Both the position numbers and the translations under genes were made by a program. The notes under the pieces were generated by a model that was given only the letters and a program-made list of their open reading frames with translations, did not search any database and had not been told where the DNA came from. Shown here one piece after another: positions 20,889 to 29,360 of a stretch of 64,000 nt of DNA (within the stretch, counting starts at the first letter, position 1; each line of letters begins with the position of its first letter). Location of the stretch: assembly GCA_000991405.1 (NCBI GenBank), contig LBRL01000001.1:315200-379199 (forward strand). Reading direction: 5' to 3'. This DNA comes from Candidatus Nomurabacteria bacterium GW2011_GWD2_36_14. GTDB taxonomy: Bacteria; Patescibacteriota; Minisyncoccia; Phycocordibacterales; UBA9973.

Positions 20889-21533
20889 ATGGCAAAAATA
20901 GAAAAAAGCCAATATAAAAAGATTAAAAAAATGTATACTGAAGGCAATACAATGTCGGATATAGCAAAATATTTTAAAGTACCTCTTGATGCAATTGTAT
21001 ACGCCATGAGAAAAGCCAAAATCCCCCGTCGATCAATGAGTATGGTTCAAAAAATACGATTCATAAAAAAGCCAGCTTCATTTCAGATTCGTAAAATAAA
21101 TAATGAAAAATCTAAAAAAATTTTAATTGCGGGACTAATGTTATATTGGGCTGAAGGATATAAAACCTCAAAGAGTAGCGGAGTTGATTTTGCAAACAGT
21201 GACTCTGATATGATAATTACTTTTATGAAATTTCTAAGAACTTGCTATAAGCTCGACGAAAAACGTCTGCATGTTTTATTATATTGCTACAATGATCAAA
21301 GTATTTCAGAATTAATGCAATTTTGGAGTAAAAAAACCGGAATCCCAAGTGAACAATTTTCAAAACCATACGTTAGAGAAAAAATTAATACAAATTCAAG
21401 ACAAATGAAGTATGGATTAGTACATATTCGATATAGTGACAAAAAATTAATTTTTGATATACTAAAGCGTATCAATATTTTAAAGAAAGAATTATGCGTC
21501 GGTGGTGGAGTGGTCTATCACAGGAGTCTGTAA
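20889..21533 (+). CDS. HTH-containing protein with a degenerate LAGLIDADG-like motif (LAGLMLYWAEGYK); its 3' end overlaps tRNA-Tyr
   Basis: 214-aa ORF. It has an N-terminal HTH-like region and a single LAG-...-EG motif. The last 38 nt, including the stop codon, lie inside the tRNA-Tyr gene. Confidence 0.4.
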   Translation: MAKIEKSQYKKIKKMYTEGNTMSDIAKYFKVPLDAIVYAMRKAKIPRRSMSMVQKIRFIKKPASFQIRKINNEKSKKILIAGLMLYWAEGYKTSKSSGVDFANSDSDMIITFMKFLRTCYKLDEKRLHVLLYCYNDQSISELMQFWSKKTGIPSEQFSKPYVREKINTNSRQMKYGLVHIRYSDKKLIFDILKRINILKKELCVGGGVVYHRSL

Positions 21534-21578
21534 AACTCCCGCCTTCGGGCTTCGTTGGTTCGAATCCAACCCGGCGCA
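21496..21578 (+). tRNA. tRNA-Tyr (anticodon GTA), class II with a long variable arm
   Basis: Acceptor GCGTCGG/CCGGCGC, anticodon loop CTGTAAA, T-arm GTTGGTTCGAATCCAAC, discriminator A. Confidence 0.8.
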
Positions 21579-21855
21579 CAAAAGAAAAAAGAGGAGCAAC
21601 TTGTTGTGCTCCTCCAATAAACTATATACATATATAAGCGCAGTTACTCACCCTACATATATTAAACTTCTTGACTCAGAAGTTGCTCTTAAGAAATAGA
21701 AACACCTCACAGATGTGAGTATGAACATCTTTCTAATCAATACAATAAAAGAGTCATTTCTAATGCATTGTGCTTGTTTTTCCCTTTACGAGTATACTTG
21801 TTTTTGAGCTATATAGTTCATTCATAGATTACTATAATTTCACCTTTTGTCAAAC

Positions 21856-21888
21856 CAAAAATCGTGAGGCAAGGCCTCACGATTTTTG
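21856..21888. terminator. Bidirectional terminator hairpin (tRNA-Tyr side and NUDIX side)
   Basis: aaaaatCGTGAGGCaagGCCTCACGatttttg. Confidence 0.6.
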
Positions 21889-22407
21889 TTAATCTTCAGG
21901 TAATTCTTCTACCTCTTGTATTTTCACTTCTCTTTTCAGTTCTTTCTGGAATGGAGTGTAGTGGGACTCTACTAGAACCTTCTTACCACTCAAAATATAT
22001 GGGAAGAATTCTCTATCTGCTGGCATCATTTTGTCATAAGGTAAATCAGTGAAATTAAAGAAAGTTGGAGTTATCATAGCTCCGTCTTCTGTCTCTTTGG
22101 GTTCTCCCTTCCAATCTTTCACCAAGAAAAAGTGGACCCGTGATACGAACATACTTCCATCACTTTTCTCATTATGAAAGTCCACAATAGCTACTTTCTC
22201 TAAATTTTCTATCTTTGCTTTTAATCCAGATTCTTCTTCAAGCTCCCTTATTGCACTTTCTAAGATAGTTTCTCCGTCTTCCACTCCTCCTCCGTAGCCA
22301 TTCCAGCAACCCATACCTATCTTCCTTGTCTTCATACCAAGAAGAACTTTCCCTTCTTTTACAGGAAGGCAAACCGTGGCAACAAATAAAACCTTTTCTT
22401 CTTGCAT
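21889..22407 (-). CDS. NUDIX hydrolase (MutT-like)
   Basis: Nudix box GGGVEDGETILESAIRELEEESG. The MQEEK start at 22407 is preferred over the ORF start at 22443. Confidence 0.7.
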   Translation of the reverse strand: MQEEKVLFVATVCLPVKEGKVLLGMKTRKIGMGCWNGYGGGVEDGETILESAIRELEEESGLKAKIENLEKVAIVDFHNEKSDGSMFVSRVHFFLVKDWKGEPKETEDGAMITPTFFNFTDLPYDKMMPADREFFPYILSGKKVLVESHYTPFQKELKREVKIQEVEELPED

Positions 22408-22465
22408 AAGAGTAATTATATATTTACTAAAACAAAAATACAAATTACTGTCTATAAAATAATAC

Positions 22466-23098
22466 TTATACTTGTGGAGCTCTCCAGAAAATTCTTTCTA
22501 GTATAGAATTCCCCTTCTTGGCTTGTACCATATTTGCATATTTTTCACCTTTTCTAATACATTTATTAAGAATAACTTTATCCTCAAATGCTTTAATATT
22601 CCCAGTATAGAAAGCTCCTAGAACCTTAGCACCAAAGTATAAGAACACACCTCTTAGCCAAAAAGAAGGAAAAGCAAAGAAAAGAATAGTTTCAGCCCAA
22701 TTTGGAGTTCCCCCAGATACAAGAAAATAAGTCCTAAGATAAGATAGCTTCCCTACTGGTTGTCCAAACTTATTACGCTCGGTTAAATCTAAGGCTAGAA
22801 ATCTAATCCTATCTATAAAATTTTTCAATCGTGCTGGAACCGAAAAATTATAAGTCGGAGTTGCTATAACGAGCCCGTCAGAATTTTTAATTTTATTAAT
22901 AAGATCTCTAAACTTTTCTTCATGCAAAGCAGGGCCAACACTATTCTCATAATTATAGAAATCAATAGGGATGTCTTCTAAGTATATCTTCTCTACTTCA
23001 ATACCAGCAACTTTATTCATCCCAACAATAAAATTGTCGAGCATTGTATCAGAATTCCTATTACGTGAAGGAGAGGAAGATAAGGCTATTATTTTCAT
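22466..23098 (-). CDS. NAD(P)H-dependent FMN reductase / flavodoxin-like fold protein
   Basis: MKIIALSSSP...LVIATPTYNFSVPARLKNFIDR motif. Confidence 0.65.
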   Translation of the reverse strand: MKIIALSSSPSRNRNSDTMLDNFIVGMNKVAGIEVEKIYLEDIPIDFYNYENSVGPALHEEKFRDLINKIKNSDGLVIATPTYNFSVPARLKNFIDRIRFLALDLTERNKFGQPVGKLSYLRTYFLVSGGTPNWAETILFFAFPSFWLRGVFLYFGAKVLGAFYTGNIKAFEDKVILNKCIRKGEKYANMVQAKKGNSILERIFWRAPQV

Positions 23099-23113
23099 AA
23101 ATTAATACTTTTA

Positions 23114-23644
23114 TTAAGAATTACTCTTAACTAACTCTACACTTATATCCAAATCAACATTATCAGAAACAACTATTTCACCTTTATCTAAAGTAGCACT
23201 CCAGTTCAACCCAAAATCCTTACGATTAATAGTTCCCGAAGCATCAAAACTCATAACACTCTCTTTGTTCATATTCTCTCCAGCCCCATTTAGCTTCACA
23301 TCTAGACTAACCTCTTTAATTACCCCATGTATATCCAAATCTCCGGTCATAACAAAACTATCCTTCCCATTCTCTATTATTTTTTTTGACATGAAAGATA
23401 ATATAGGGAATTTAGTAACGTCAAAAAAATCTGGAGACATCAGATGTCCATCTCTATCAGCATTATTGGTACTTATACTATTGGTTTCGGCCTTGAACTT
23501 TATTGAGGCTTTAGTAAAGTCACTGTCCTCCATCTCTACACTTCCATCAAATTTATTAAATTGACCTCTAATATTTGAAATCATTAAATGTTTTACTTTA
23601 AAACCTATTATTGAATGCATTGTGTCTATATTCCACTTATTCAT
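23114..23644 (-). CDS. YceI-like domain protein
   Basis: IGFKVKH..ISNIRGQF...GDLDIHGV YceI signature. Confidence 0.75.
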   Translation of the reverse strand: MNKWNIDTMHSIIGFKVKHLMISNIRGQFNKFDGSVEMEDSDFTKASIKFKAETNSISTNNADRDGHLMSPDFFDVTKFPILSFMSKKIIENGKDSFVMTGDLDIHGVIKEVSLDVKLNGAGENMNKESVMSFDASGTINRKDFGLNWSATLDKGEIVVSDNVDLDISVELVKSNS

Positions 23645-23704
23645 GTTATTTTATACTTCTATTAATTTATTAATAATATTATTGTAATCTATTTACTTTA
23701 CTTT

Positions 23705-23718
23705 GTAAAGTACTTTAC
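23705..23718. promoter_or_regulatory. Perfect 14-nt palindrome GTAAAGTACTTTAC in the divergent yceI/hxlR intergenic region; candidate HxlR-type operator
   Basis: The palindrome is visible in the sequence. It lies ~15 nt upstream of the regulator ORF. Confidence 0.35.
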
Positions 23719-23732
23719 TTGTTAAAGCATAA

Positions 23733-24047
23733 ATGTTAATATCTGTCTATAATATGAACAAGAGTAAACATAGTAAATGCCCAATAGCAAAAGTTGCATT
23801 ATTGTTATCAGATCCTTGGACAATGCTTATAATTCGCGATATTTTAAACAAAAAAATGAGATTTGGAGATCTTGAGAGTTCCTTAGAAAGTATTAGCACA
23901 AGAACACTAACTAAAAAAATTAAACAATTAGAATTAGAAGGAATTATTGAGAAAACAGAACACTATTATACAATTACAAAAAAAGGTTCTGGGTTGAATA
24001 CTATAATAAAATCTATGTCTAAATATGGACAAAAATATTATAAATAA
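23733..24047 (+). CDS. HxlR-family winged-HTH transcriptional regulator
   Basis: CPIAKVALLLSDPWTMLIIRDIL...FGDL...IS.RTLTKKIKQLE pattern. Confidence 0.7.
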   Translation: MLISVYNMNKSKHSKCPIAKVALLLSDPWTMLIIRDILNKKMRFGDLESSLESISTRTLTKKIKQLELEGIIEKTEHYYTITKKGSGLNTIIKSMSKYGQKYYK

Positions 24048-24052
24048 ACAAT

Positions 24053-24085
24053 AAATACCTGATTATTTAATCAGGTGTTTATTAT
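24053..24085. terminator. Terminator hairpin between hxlR and clpB
   Basis: ACCTGATTAtttaaTCAGGT followed by a T-rich run. Confidence 0.5.
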
Positions 24086-26779
24086 TTATTTCACTCCTAT
24101 TCTTCCCTTTACTCTTACATTTGATACCATTGTCCCCTTCTTCATCTCTACTATAATTTCCTTATTTTTCATTGTGACGTTTACAATATCTCCCTTCTTC
24201 ACCCCCTTGCCTATTATAAATGTCGCCACAGGATTAAGTATTTTATCTTGTATGAGTCTACCTAGTGGCCTTGCTCCATAGTGAGGGTTGTAGCCTTCCT
24301 TTGCCAAGTAAGTGAGCGCATCATTTGAAATTTCAAAACCAATTTCTTTAGCCTTTAATCTATCCACTACCACCTTTATCTTCAAATCTACAATGTGCCT
24401 GATAGCTTCAAGGGAAAGAATATCAAAAACAATTGTATCGTCGAGTCTATTTAAGAATTCTGGACGGAAATAATCCTTCAATGATTCTAATACTTTTTCT
24501 TTAGTCTGGGTATACTCATCTACTTTTGATTTATTGGTGAAGCCTAAAGTCTCCATCTTCTCGATAAACTGTGAACCAATATTTGAAGTAAGGATTATAA
24601 TCGTATTCTTAAAGTTCACTATTCTACCCTTGGCATCTGTCAGACGTCCTTCGTCAAGAACTTGCAGAAGCACGTTGAAAACTTCTGGGTGAGCTTTCTC
24701 AATCTCGTCAAAAAGAATTACAGAATACGGTCGGTGACGCACAGCTTCTGTAAGGTTGCCTGACTCATCATAACCAACATAGCCCGGTGGTGAGCCGATG
24801 AGCTTGGAGACACTATGACGCTCCATGTATTCACTCATATCCACTCTGATCAAGGCCTTGTCATCGTTGAACATGAATTCCGATAAAGCTTTCGTAAGCT
24901 CAGTTTTCCCTACACCTGTAGGACCCAAGAAGATAAATGAGCCGATGGGCTTGTTGGGATCTGAAATTCCAGCTCTATTCCTGCGAACAACATTTGCAAT
25001 TTTCTTAATAGCTTCATCTTGCCCTATTACACGAGCCCGGAGAACATCTTCTATGTTGGCCAACTTTTCTCTTTCTTCCTCAAGCATTTTCGAAAGTGGA
25101 ATACTTGTCCACATAGAAACGACTTCAGCAATATCTTCGGCGGTAATTTCTTCTTTCAGAATTCTTCGAGACTTTTGTAACTTCTTAAGTTTGGCAAGCT
25201 TGGTATCTAACTTCTTCTTCAAGTCTGGAATCTCTCCATAACGTATTTCAGCAACTCGTGCCAAGTCCGCGTGCATTTCGGCATTCTCCCCTTCGAGACG
25301 CAAAGTTTCTAATTCTTTTTTAATACCGCGAATCTCTACGACTGTCTCTTTCTCATTTTTCCATTTGAGTTCTAGCTCGTGAGTCTTTTCTTTCAAGTTA
25401 CCTATTTCTTTGTCTATATCTTTGACACGTGCATGAGCCTTCTTGCTTGATTCAGTTTTACCTGAGTCTCTGCCAATCTCATTTAGCAATGCTTCCTTCT
25501 CTATTTCGAAACGCATAATTTTGCGATGAGCATCTTCTAGAACTGGAGGCTTGTTTTCAAGTGCGATACGGAGAGCCGAAGAAGCTTCATCGATAAGATC
25601 CACAGCTTTATCGGGAAGATATCTGTTTGTAATATAGCGAGTAGAGAGAGTTACCGCAGAAACTATAGCATCATCTGTAATTCGAACTCCATGGAAAAGT
25701 TCATACTTCTCCTTGAGTCCACGAAGAATGGCAATAGTATCGTCCACACTTGGCTCGTCGATAAATATAGGTTGGAACCTTCTTGCAAGTGCAGGATCCT
25801 TCTCTATATGCTTCTGGTATTCCTTTAAAGTTGTCGCACCTATAGCACGAAGCTCTCCTCGAGCGAGTGCAGGCTTTAGCATATTGGAAGCATCGAGAGA
25901 TCCTTCAGAGCTTCCTGCTCCGACAATAGTATGGATCTCATCTATGAAGAGTATAATTTTGCCTTCAGCCTTCTCTATTTCTTTCAAGATACCACGAAGT
26001 CTCTCTTCAAATTCTCCTCTGTACTTGGTACCGGCAAGAAGAAGTCCCAAATCTAAGGATACAACTTCTTTGTCTTTCAAACTTTCAGGTACATCATTTT
26101 TAGCAATTCTTTGTGCCAAAGCTTCTGCGACTGCCGTCTTACCAGTACCTGCCTCGCCTATAAGTATAGGGTTATTCTTCGTACGACGAGAAAGTATCTG
26201 CATCATACGCATGATCTCAGTATCACGCCCTATGACTGGGTCAAGCTTGTCTTGACGAGCAAGCAAAGTAAGATTCCTTGTAAATTTGTTGATGAGTTTG
26301 GGTTGCTTGGGAGTGTTTACCTCACTACCCTTCTCTTTCCTAAGCTGGTTTAGAACTTCTAGAACTTGGTCTTTATTGATTTTAAATTTGCCAAGTAACT
26401 CTCGTGCCTCACCCGGAGTTTCAAGTAGAGAGAAGAACAAATGCTCAGTTGATACAAAGTCATCCTTCATATCAGTCGCTATCTTGCTAGAGCTTTCGAT
26501 AACTTGAGCTAAGTCTGGAGTAAGATACAGTTGATATGATGGAGACAAGGTATTCCTATTCTCAGGTGACTCTATCATGTCACTTAAGTTGTCTACTAAG
26601 AGAGTCGTATCGATATCCATTTTCTCTAGTATTGATATAACTACTGAATCTTCTTGAATAAGAAGCGATATGAGTAGGTGTAGAGTGTTCACATGATTCT
26701 GCCCACGTTCAATAGCCAGCTCGTGAGCCTTTCTAATAACTTCTTTGGCTTTAGTTGTAAAATGATTGAATGGGGGCAT
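24086..26779 (-). CDS. clpB: ATP-dependent chaperone ClpB
   Basis: Two AAA+ modules (GEAGTGKTA; GPTGVGKTE) with a long coiled-coil middle domain and a Clp_N repeat region. Confidence 0.9.
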   Translation of the reverse strand: MPPFNHFTTKAKEVIRKAHELAIERGQNHVNTLHLLISLLIQEDSVVISILEKMDIDTTLLVDNLSDMIESPENRNTLSPSYQLYLTPDLAQVIESSSKIATDMKDDFVSTEHLFFSLLETPGEARELLGKFKINKDQVLEVLNQLRKEKGSEVNTPKQPKLINKFTRNLTLLARQDKLDPVIGRDTEIMRMMQILSRRTKNNPILIGEAGTGKTAVAEALAQRIAKNDVPESLKDKEVVSLDLGLLLAGTKYRGEFEERLRGILKEIEKAEGKIILFIDEIHTIVGAGSSEGSLDASNMLKPALARGELRAIGATTLKEYQKHIEKDPALARRFQPIFIDEPSVDDTIAILRGLKEKYELFHGVRITDDAIVSAVTLSTRYITNRYLPDKAVDLIDEASSALRIALENKPPVLEDAHRKIMRFEIEKEALLNEIGRDSGKTESSKKAHARVKDIDKEIGNLKEKTHELELKWKNEKETVVEIRGIKKELETLRLEGENAEMHADLARVAEIRYGEIPDLKKKLDTKLAKLKKLQKSRRILKEEITAEDIAEVVSMWTSIPLSKMLEEEREKLANIEDVLRARVIGQDEAIKKIANVVRRNRAGISDPNKPIGSFIFLGPTGVGKTELTKALSEFMFNDDKALIRVDMSEYMERHSVSKLIGSPPGYVGYDESGNLTEAVRHRPYSVILFDEIEKAHPEVFNVLLQVLDEGRLTDAKGRIVNFKNTIIILTSNIGSQFIEKMETLGFTNKSKVDEYTQTKEKVLESLKDYFRPEFLNRLDDTIVFDILSLEAIRHIVDLKIKVVVDRLKAKEIGFEISNDALTYLAKEGYNPHYGARPLGRLIQDKILNPVATFIIGKGVKKGDIVNVTMKNKEIIVEMKKGTMVSNVRVKGRIGVK

Positions 26780-26785
26780 AAATTA

Positions 26786-26817
26786 GGTTCTAGTAACTAG
26801 GTTCTAGTGACTAGTAA
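26786..26817 (-). promoter_or_regulatory. Direct-repeat box pair TTACTAGTCAC-N10-TTACTAGAACC ending 6 nt upstream of the clpB ATG
   Basis: Minus-strand reading: tTTACTAGTCACtagaacctagTTACTAGAACCtaattt-ATG. The dprA box at 14952-14983 is nearly identical. Confidence 0.45.
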
Positions 26818-26833
26818 AGATATTAATAAAAAA

Positions 26834-27415
26834 TTATTGCGTTACTTTTGATTCATCAGTCTTTGCTGATGTTTCAATAATAGCTTTCTTCTCTGAAATT
26901 TTTAAAATACTAAATCCGTTCGTAAACTTCTTCAAAACCGTTGCATCAAAGTCTGTCTTATTTAAAATTACTTTATACTTTAAACTATCAGTCAATATAG
27001 ATGAATCCACAAGCACTAGCCCTACATCTGAAATTATAATACCTTGTCCAAGTTCTTTTGTTGTTGTAGGGGTCTCAGCTGTACCATCTGTAGCAGAAAG
27101 TGTGGATTGATTCGTTGCCTCTGTGACAGGAATACTACTGTCTATTGCATAGATAGACACGACAGCATCTCCATCTCCAAGGACAATACTTCCATTTTGT
27201 GTATTTGTAGTTGGAGTACTTTCCTTCACTTGCGTTTCTACTGTTGTTACTTTCTCTATAGTTCTTTGAATTACGTTATTTATAGTCTGTGGTATGGCTT
27301 TCGGCATCTGATTCATAAGCGAGACAGTCACAATACCCGTAGCAATAGACACTACAAAAGTAATCAGGAGTGTAAGTAAAACCAGCTGTTTTTTGTCTAA
27401 ATCTTTAATATCCAT
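26834..27415 (-). CDS. Hypothetical membrane-anchored protein
   Basis: N-terminal TM segment. It has a Thr-rich linker and a GQGIIISDVGLVLV segment faintly resembling a trypsin-like fold. No catalytic motifs are seen. Confidence 0.35.
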   Translation of the reverse strand: MDIKDLDKKQLVLLTLLITFVVSIATGIVTVSLMNQMPKAIPQTINNVIQRTIEKVTTVETQVKESTPTTNTQNGSIVLGDGDAVVSIYAIDSSIPVTEATNQSTLSATDGTAETPTTTKELGQGIIISDVGLVLVDSSILTDSLKYKVILNKTDFDATVLKKFTNGFSILKISEKKAIIETSAKTDESKVTQ

Positions 27416-27437
27416 CTTTCTATTCTATCATATCTAC

Positions 27438-28706
27438 TTATTTTTTCCACTTTTTATATTTATCTAAAATCTTAGTTATAGTAAGGATGAATTTATCTAT
27501 GTCAGTCTTTTTGGTATCACGTCCGAGGGTGATGCGGAGCGAGCCTTCTTCGCCTTTATAAGTTTCTCCTTTAGCCTTTCTTATTTCTGTTATCACATAC
27601 GATTCATCATCCTCTCCACTTTTGCACGCCGACTTGGCAGAAACTTCTATCCCCTTGGCATCAAGCTCTATTACCAGAAGCTCGCTTGAAATGTTAGATA
27701 TTGAAATATTTATATTATTCGGAAGTCTGTTTTTTGTATTACCATTTAAAACTATTTTAAAGTTATCATTGTTTATTTTTAACAATTTACCAATCGTATA
27801 GTCGCGAAGTTTAGTGAGTCTCTCTGCTTCTTTCACTTTCATTTTGTTTGCAATTTCAAATGCTAAAGATAATCCTGCAATCGAAGAGACATTTTCAGTT
27901 CCAGAACGTAATCCAAATTCTTGCTCTCCTCCACTATAGATAGGAGAAAGCTTTATACCTCTTTTCTTATACAAGACACCTACTCCTTTGGGTCCATAAA
28001 TTTTCGAACCGTTAAAAGAAAGCATATCTACACCCAGCTTATCTACATTTGAAATATCTAAATAATTAATTGCTTGGGTCGCATCAGTATGAAATAAGGG
28101 ATAAGAAGCGGGAAAAGGCCTTGCCTCAAGAGAGTCCGAGGCAAGGCCTTGAGGAGCTCCCTTCCCTTTTCTATAATGCCTTATCTCTTTCGCAATTTCT
28201 TGGATTGGTTCAATTGTACCGATTTCATTGTTGGCATACATTATTGAAATAAGAGCTGTGTTACTTCTTATAGCCTCTTTTATATCTTTCGGATTAACTA
28301 TTCCATTTTCATTTACTTTTATATAAGTTACTTCGGCCCTTCCTCTCTCTTCTAATAATTTAAAATTCATTATGACTGCCGGATGTTCTATGGTACTTGT
28401 AATAATGTGAGGAATGTGGCCCTTGTTGTTCAATTGATAATTATTTACAACACCTAGGATAACCATGGCAATACTCTCCGTACTACTTCCAGTAAAGATG
28501 ATTTCATCGCCGTGAGCATTCATACCCCTTGCTATCTTTTCTCTTGCTTCTTCTATAATGGTTCTAGATTTTACTCCACCGCTATGAATAGAAGTAGCAT
28601 TGGCAAAAAGCTTTTTTTCATAAAAAGACATAAGTCGAAGTACCCTCTTGTCTATAGGAGTGGCAGAAGCATAATCGAGGTAAGTTTTGTGAATATTTTT
28701 AGCCAT
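27438..28706 (-). CDS. Cysteine desulfurase family (IscS/NifS-like, class V aminotransferase)
   Basis: YLDYASATP...SFNGSKIYGPKGVG PLP-lysine region. The gene contains an in-frame palindromic insert (28116-28150). Confidence 0.75.
   Translation of the reverse strand: MAKNIHKTYLDYASATPIDKRVLRLMSFYEKKLFANATSIHSGGVKSRTIIEEAREKIARGMNAHGDEIIFTGSSTESIAMVILGVVNNYQLNNKGHIPHIITSTIEHPAVIMNFKLLEERGRAEVTYIKVNENGIVNPKDIKEAIRSNTALISIMYANNEIGTIEPIQEIAKEIRHYRKGKGAPQGLASDSLEARPFPASYPLFHTDATQAINYLDISNVDKLGVDMLSFNGSKIYGPKGVGVLYKKRGIKLSPIYSGGEQEFGLRSGTENVSSIAGLSLAFEIANKMKVKEAERLTKLRDYTIGKLLKINNDNFKIVLNGNTKNRLPNNINISISNISSELLVIELDAKGIEVSAKSACKSGEDDESYVITEIRKAKGETYKGEEGSLRITLGRDTKKTDIDKFILTITKILDKYKKWKK
28116..28150. 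repeat. GC-rich palindromic insert inside the iscS-like gene (AGGCCTTGCCTC-N11-GAGGCAAGGCCT), in frame
   Basis: 12-bp perfect inverted repeat encoding ...GKGAPQGLASDSLEARPFPAS... Confidence 0.6.
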
Positions 28707-28916
28707 ATATTAATTATATCATAGAGTCTAAATTTAGCCCTCCACCCAAAAAAGTTGTAAAAAAAGCCTTATTGGTATATACTCTTTTAAGTTATGTGTC
28801 CCGTTTGAAGCTATGGTTTCAACAGAAAACGGGTAAATAAATGTAAACTTATTATTTTAAGCTAACTTGCAAAAATGGTTTATTTTAATAATAAACCATG
28901 ACTTGCTTCTATTGGG

Positions 28917-29360
28917 ATGACTATTTCTATTCTTATTTATATTCTATCGGGTGTTGTAGTTGTATTGTTGTTATGGATAAGTCTGACAGAGTACAGATTT
29001 AAGAAATTTTTCGCTGGAACCAAGGCTCGCAATCTCGAGGAGGTTATGATTCTTTTGGGTGAACAAATGAAGGAACTTAAAGAGAAACAAGAAAAAACAA
29101 ATGAACATTTAGAGATTGTCGATACCCGCTTGAACAAATCTGTAAGAAATATAGAAACAGTTCGATTTAATCCTTTTGAAGATGCTGGAAGTAACCAAAG
29201 CTTCGCTATCTCATTCTTAAATGATGAGGGTAACGGAGTAGTAATGTCTAGCCTCTATGCTCGTGATCGTATGAGTATATTTGCAAAACCGATAGTAGGA
29301 GGTAAATCAGAATTTGAATTATCTATCGAAGAAAAAGAAGTTTTAGAAAAATCAAAATAA
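28917..29360 (+). CDS. DUF4446-like small membrane protein
   Basis: N-terminal TM segment. VRFNPFEDAGSNQSFAISFLNDEGNGVVMSSLYARD matches my recollection of the DUF4446 family. Confidence 0.45.
   Translation: MTISILIYILSGVVVVLLLWISLTEYRFKKFFAGTKARNLEEVMILLGEQMKELKEKQEKTNEHLEIVDTRLNKSVRNIETVRFNPFEDAGSNQSFAISFLNDEGNGVVMSSLYARDRMSIFAKPIVGGKSEFELSIEEKEVLEKSK

Noticed and set aside
21502-21699. 65-aa ORF overlapping tRNA-Tyr
   Set aside because: It is encoded across a clear tRNA cloverleaf and the downstream terminator-like hairpin. The tRNA is the real feature.
26834-27415. 193-aa membrane protein as an HtrA-type serine protease
   Set aside because: Only a weak GQGIIISD resemblance. The His/Asp/Ser catalytic triad motifs and the PDZ domain are absent, and the protein is too short.
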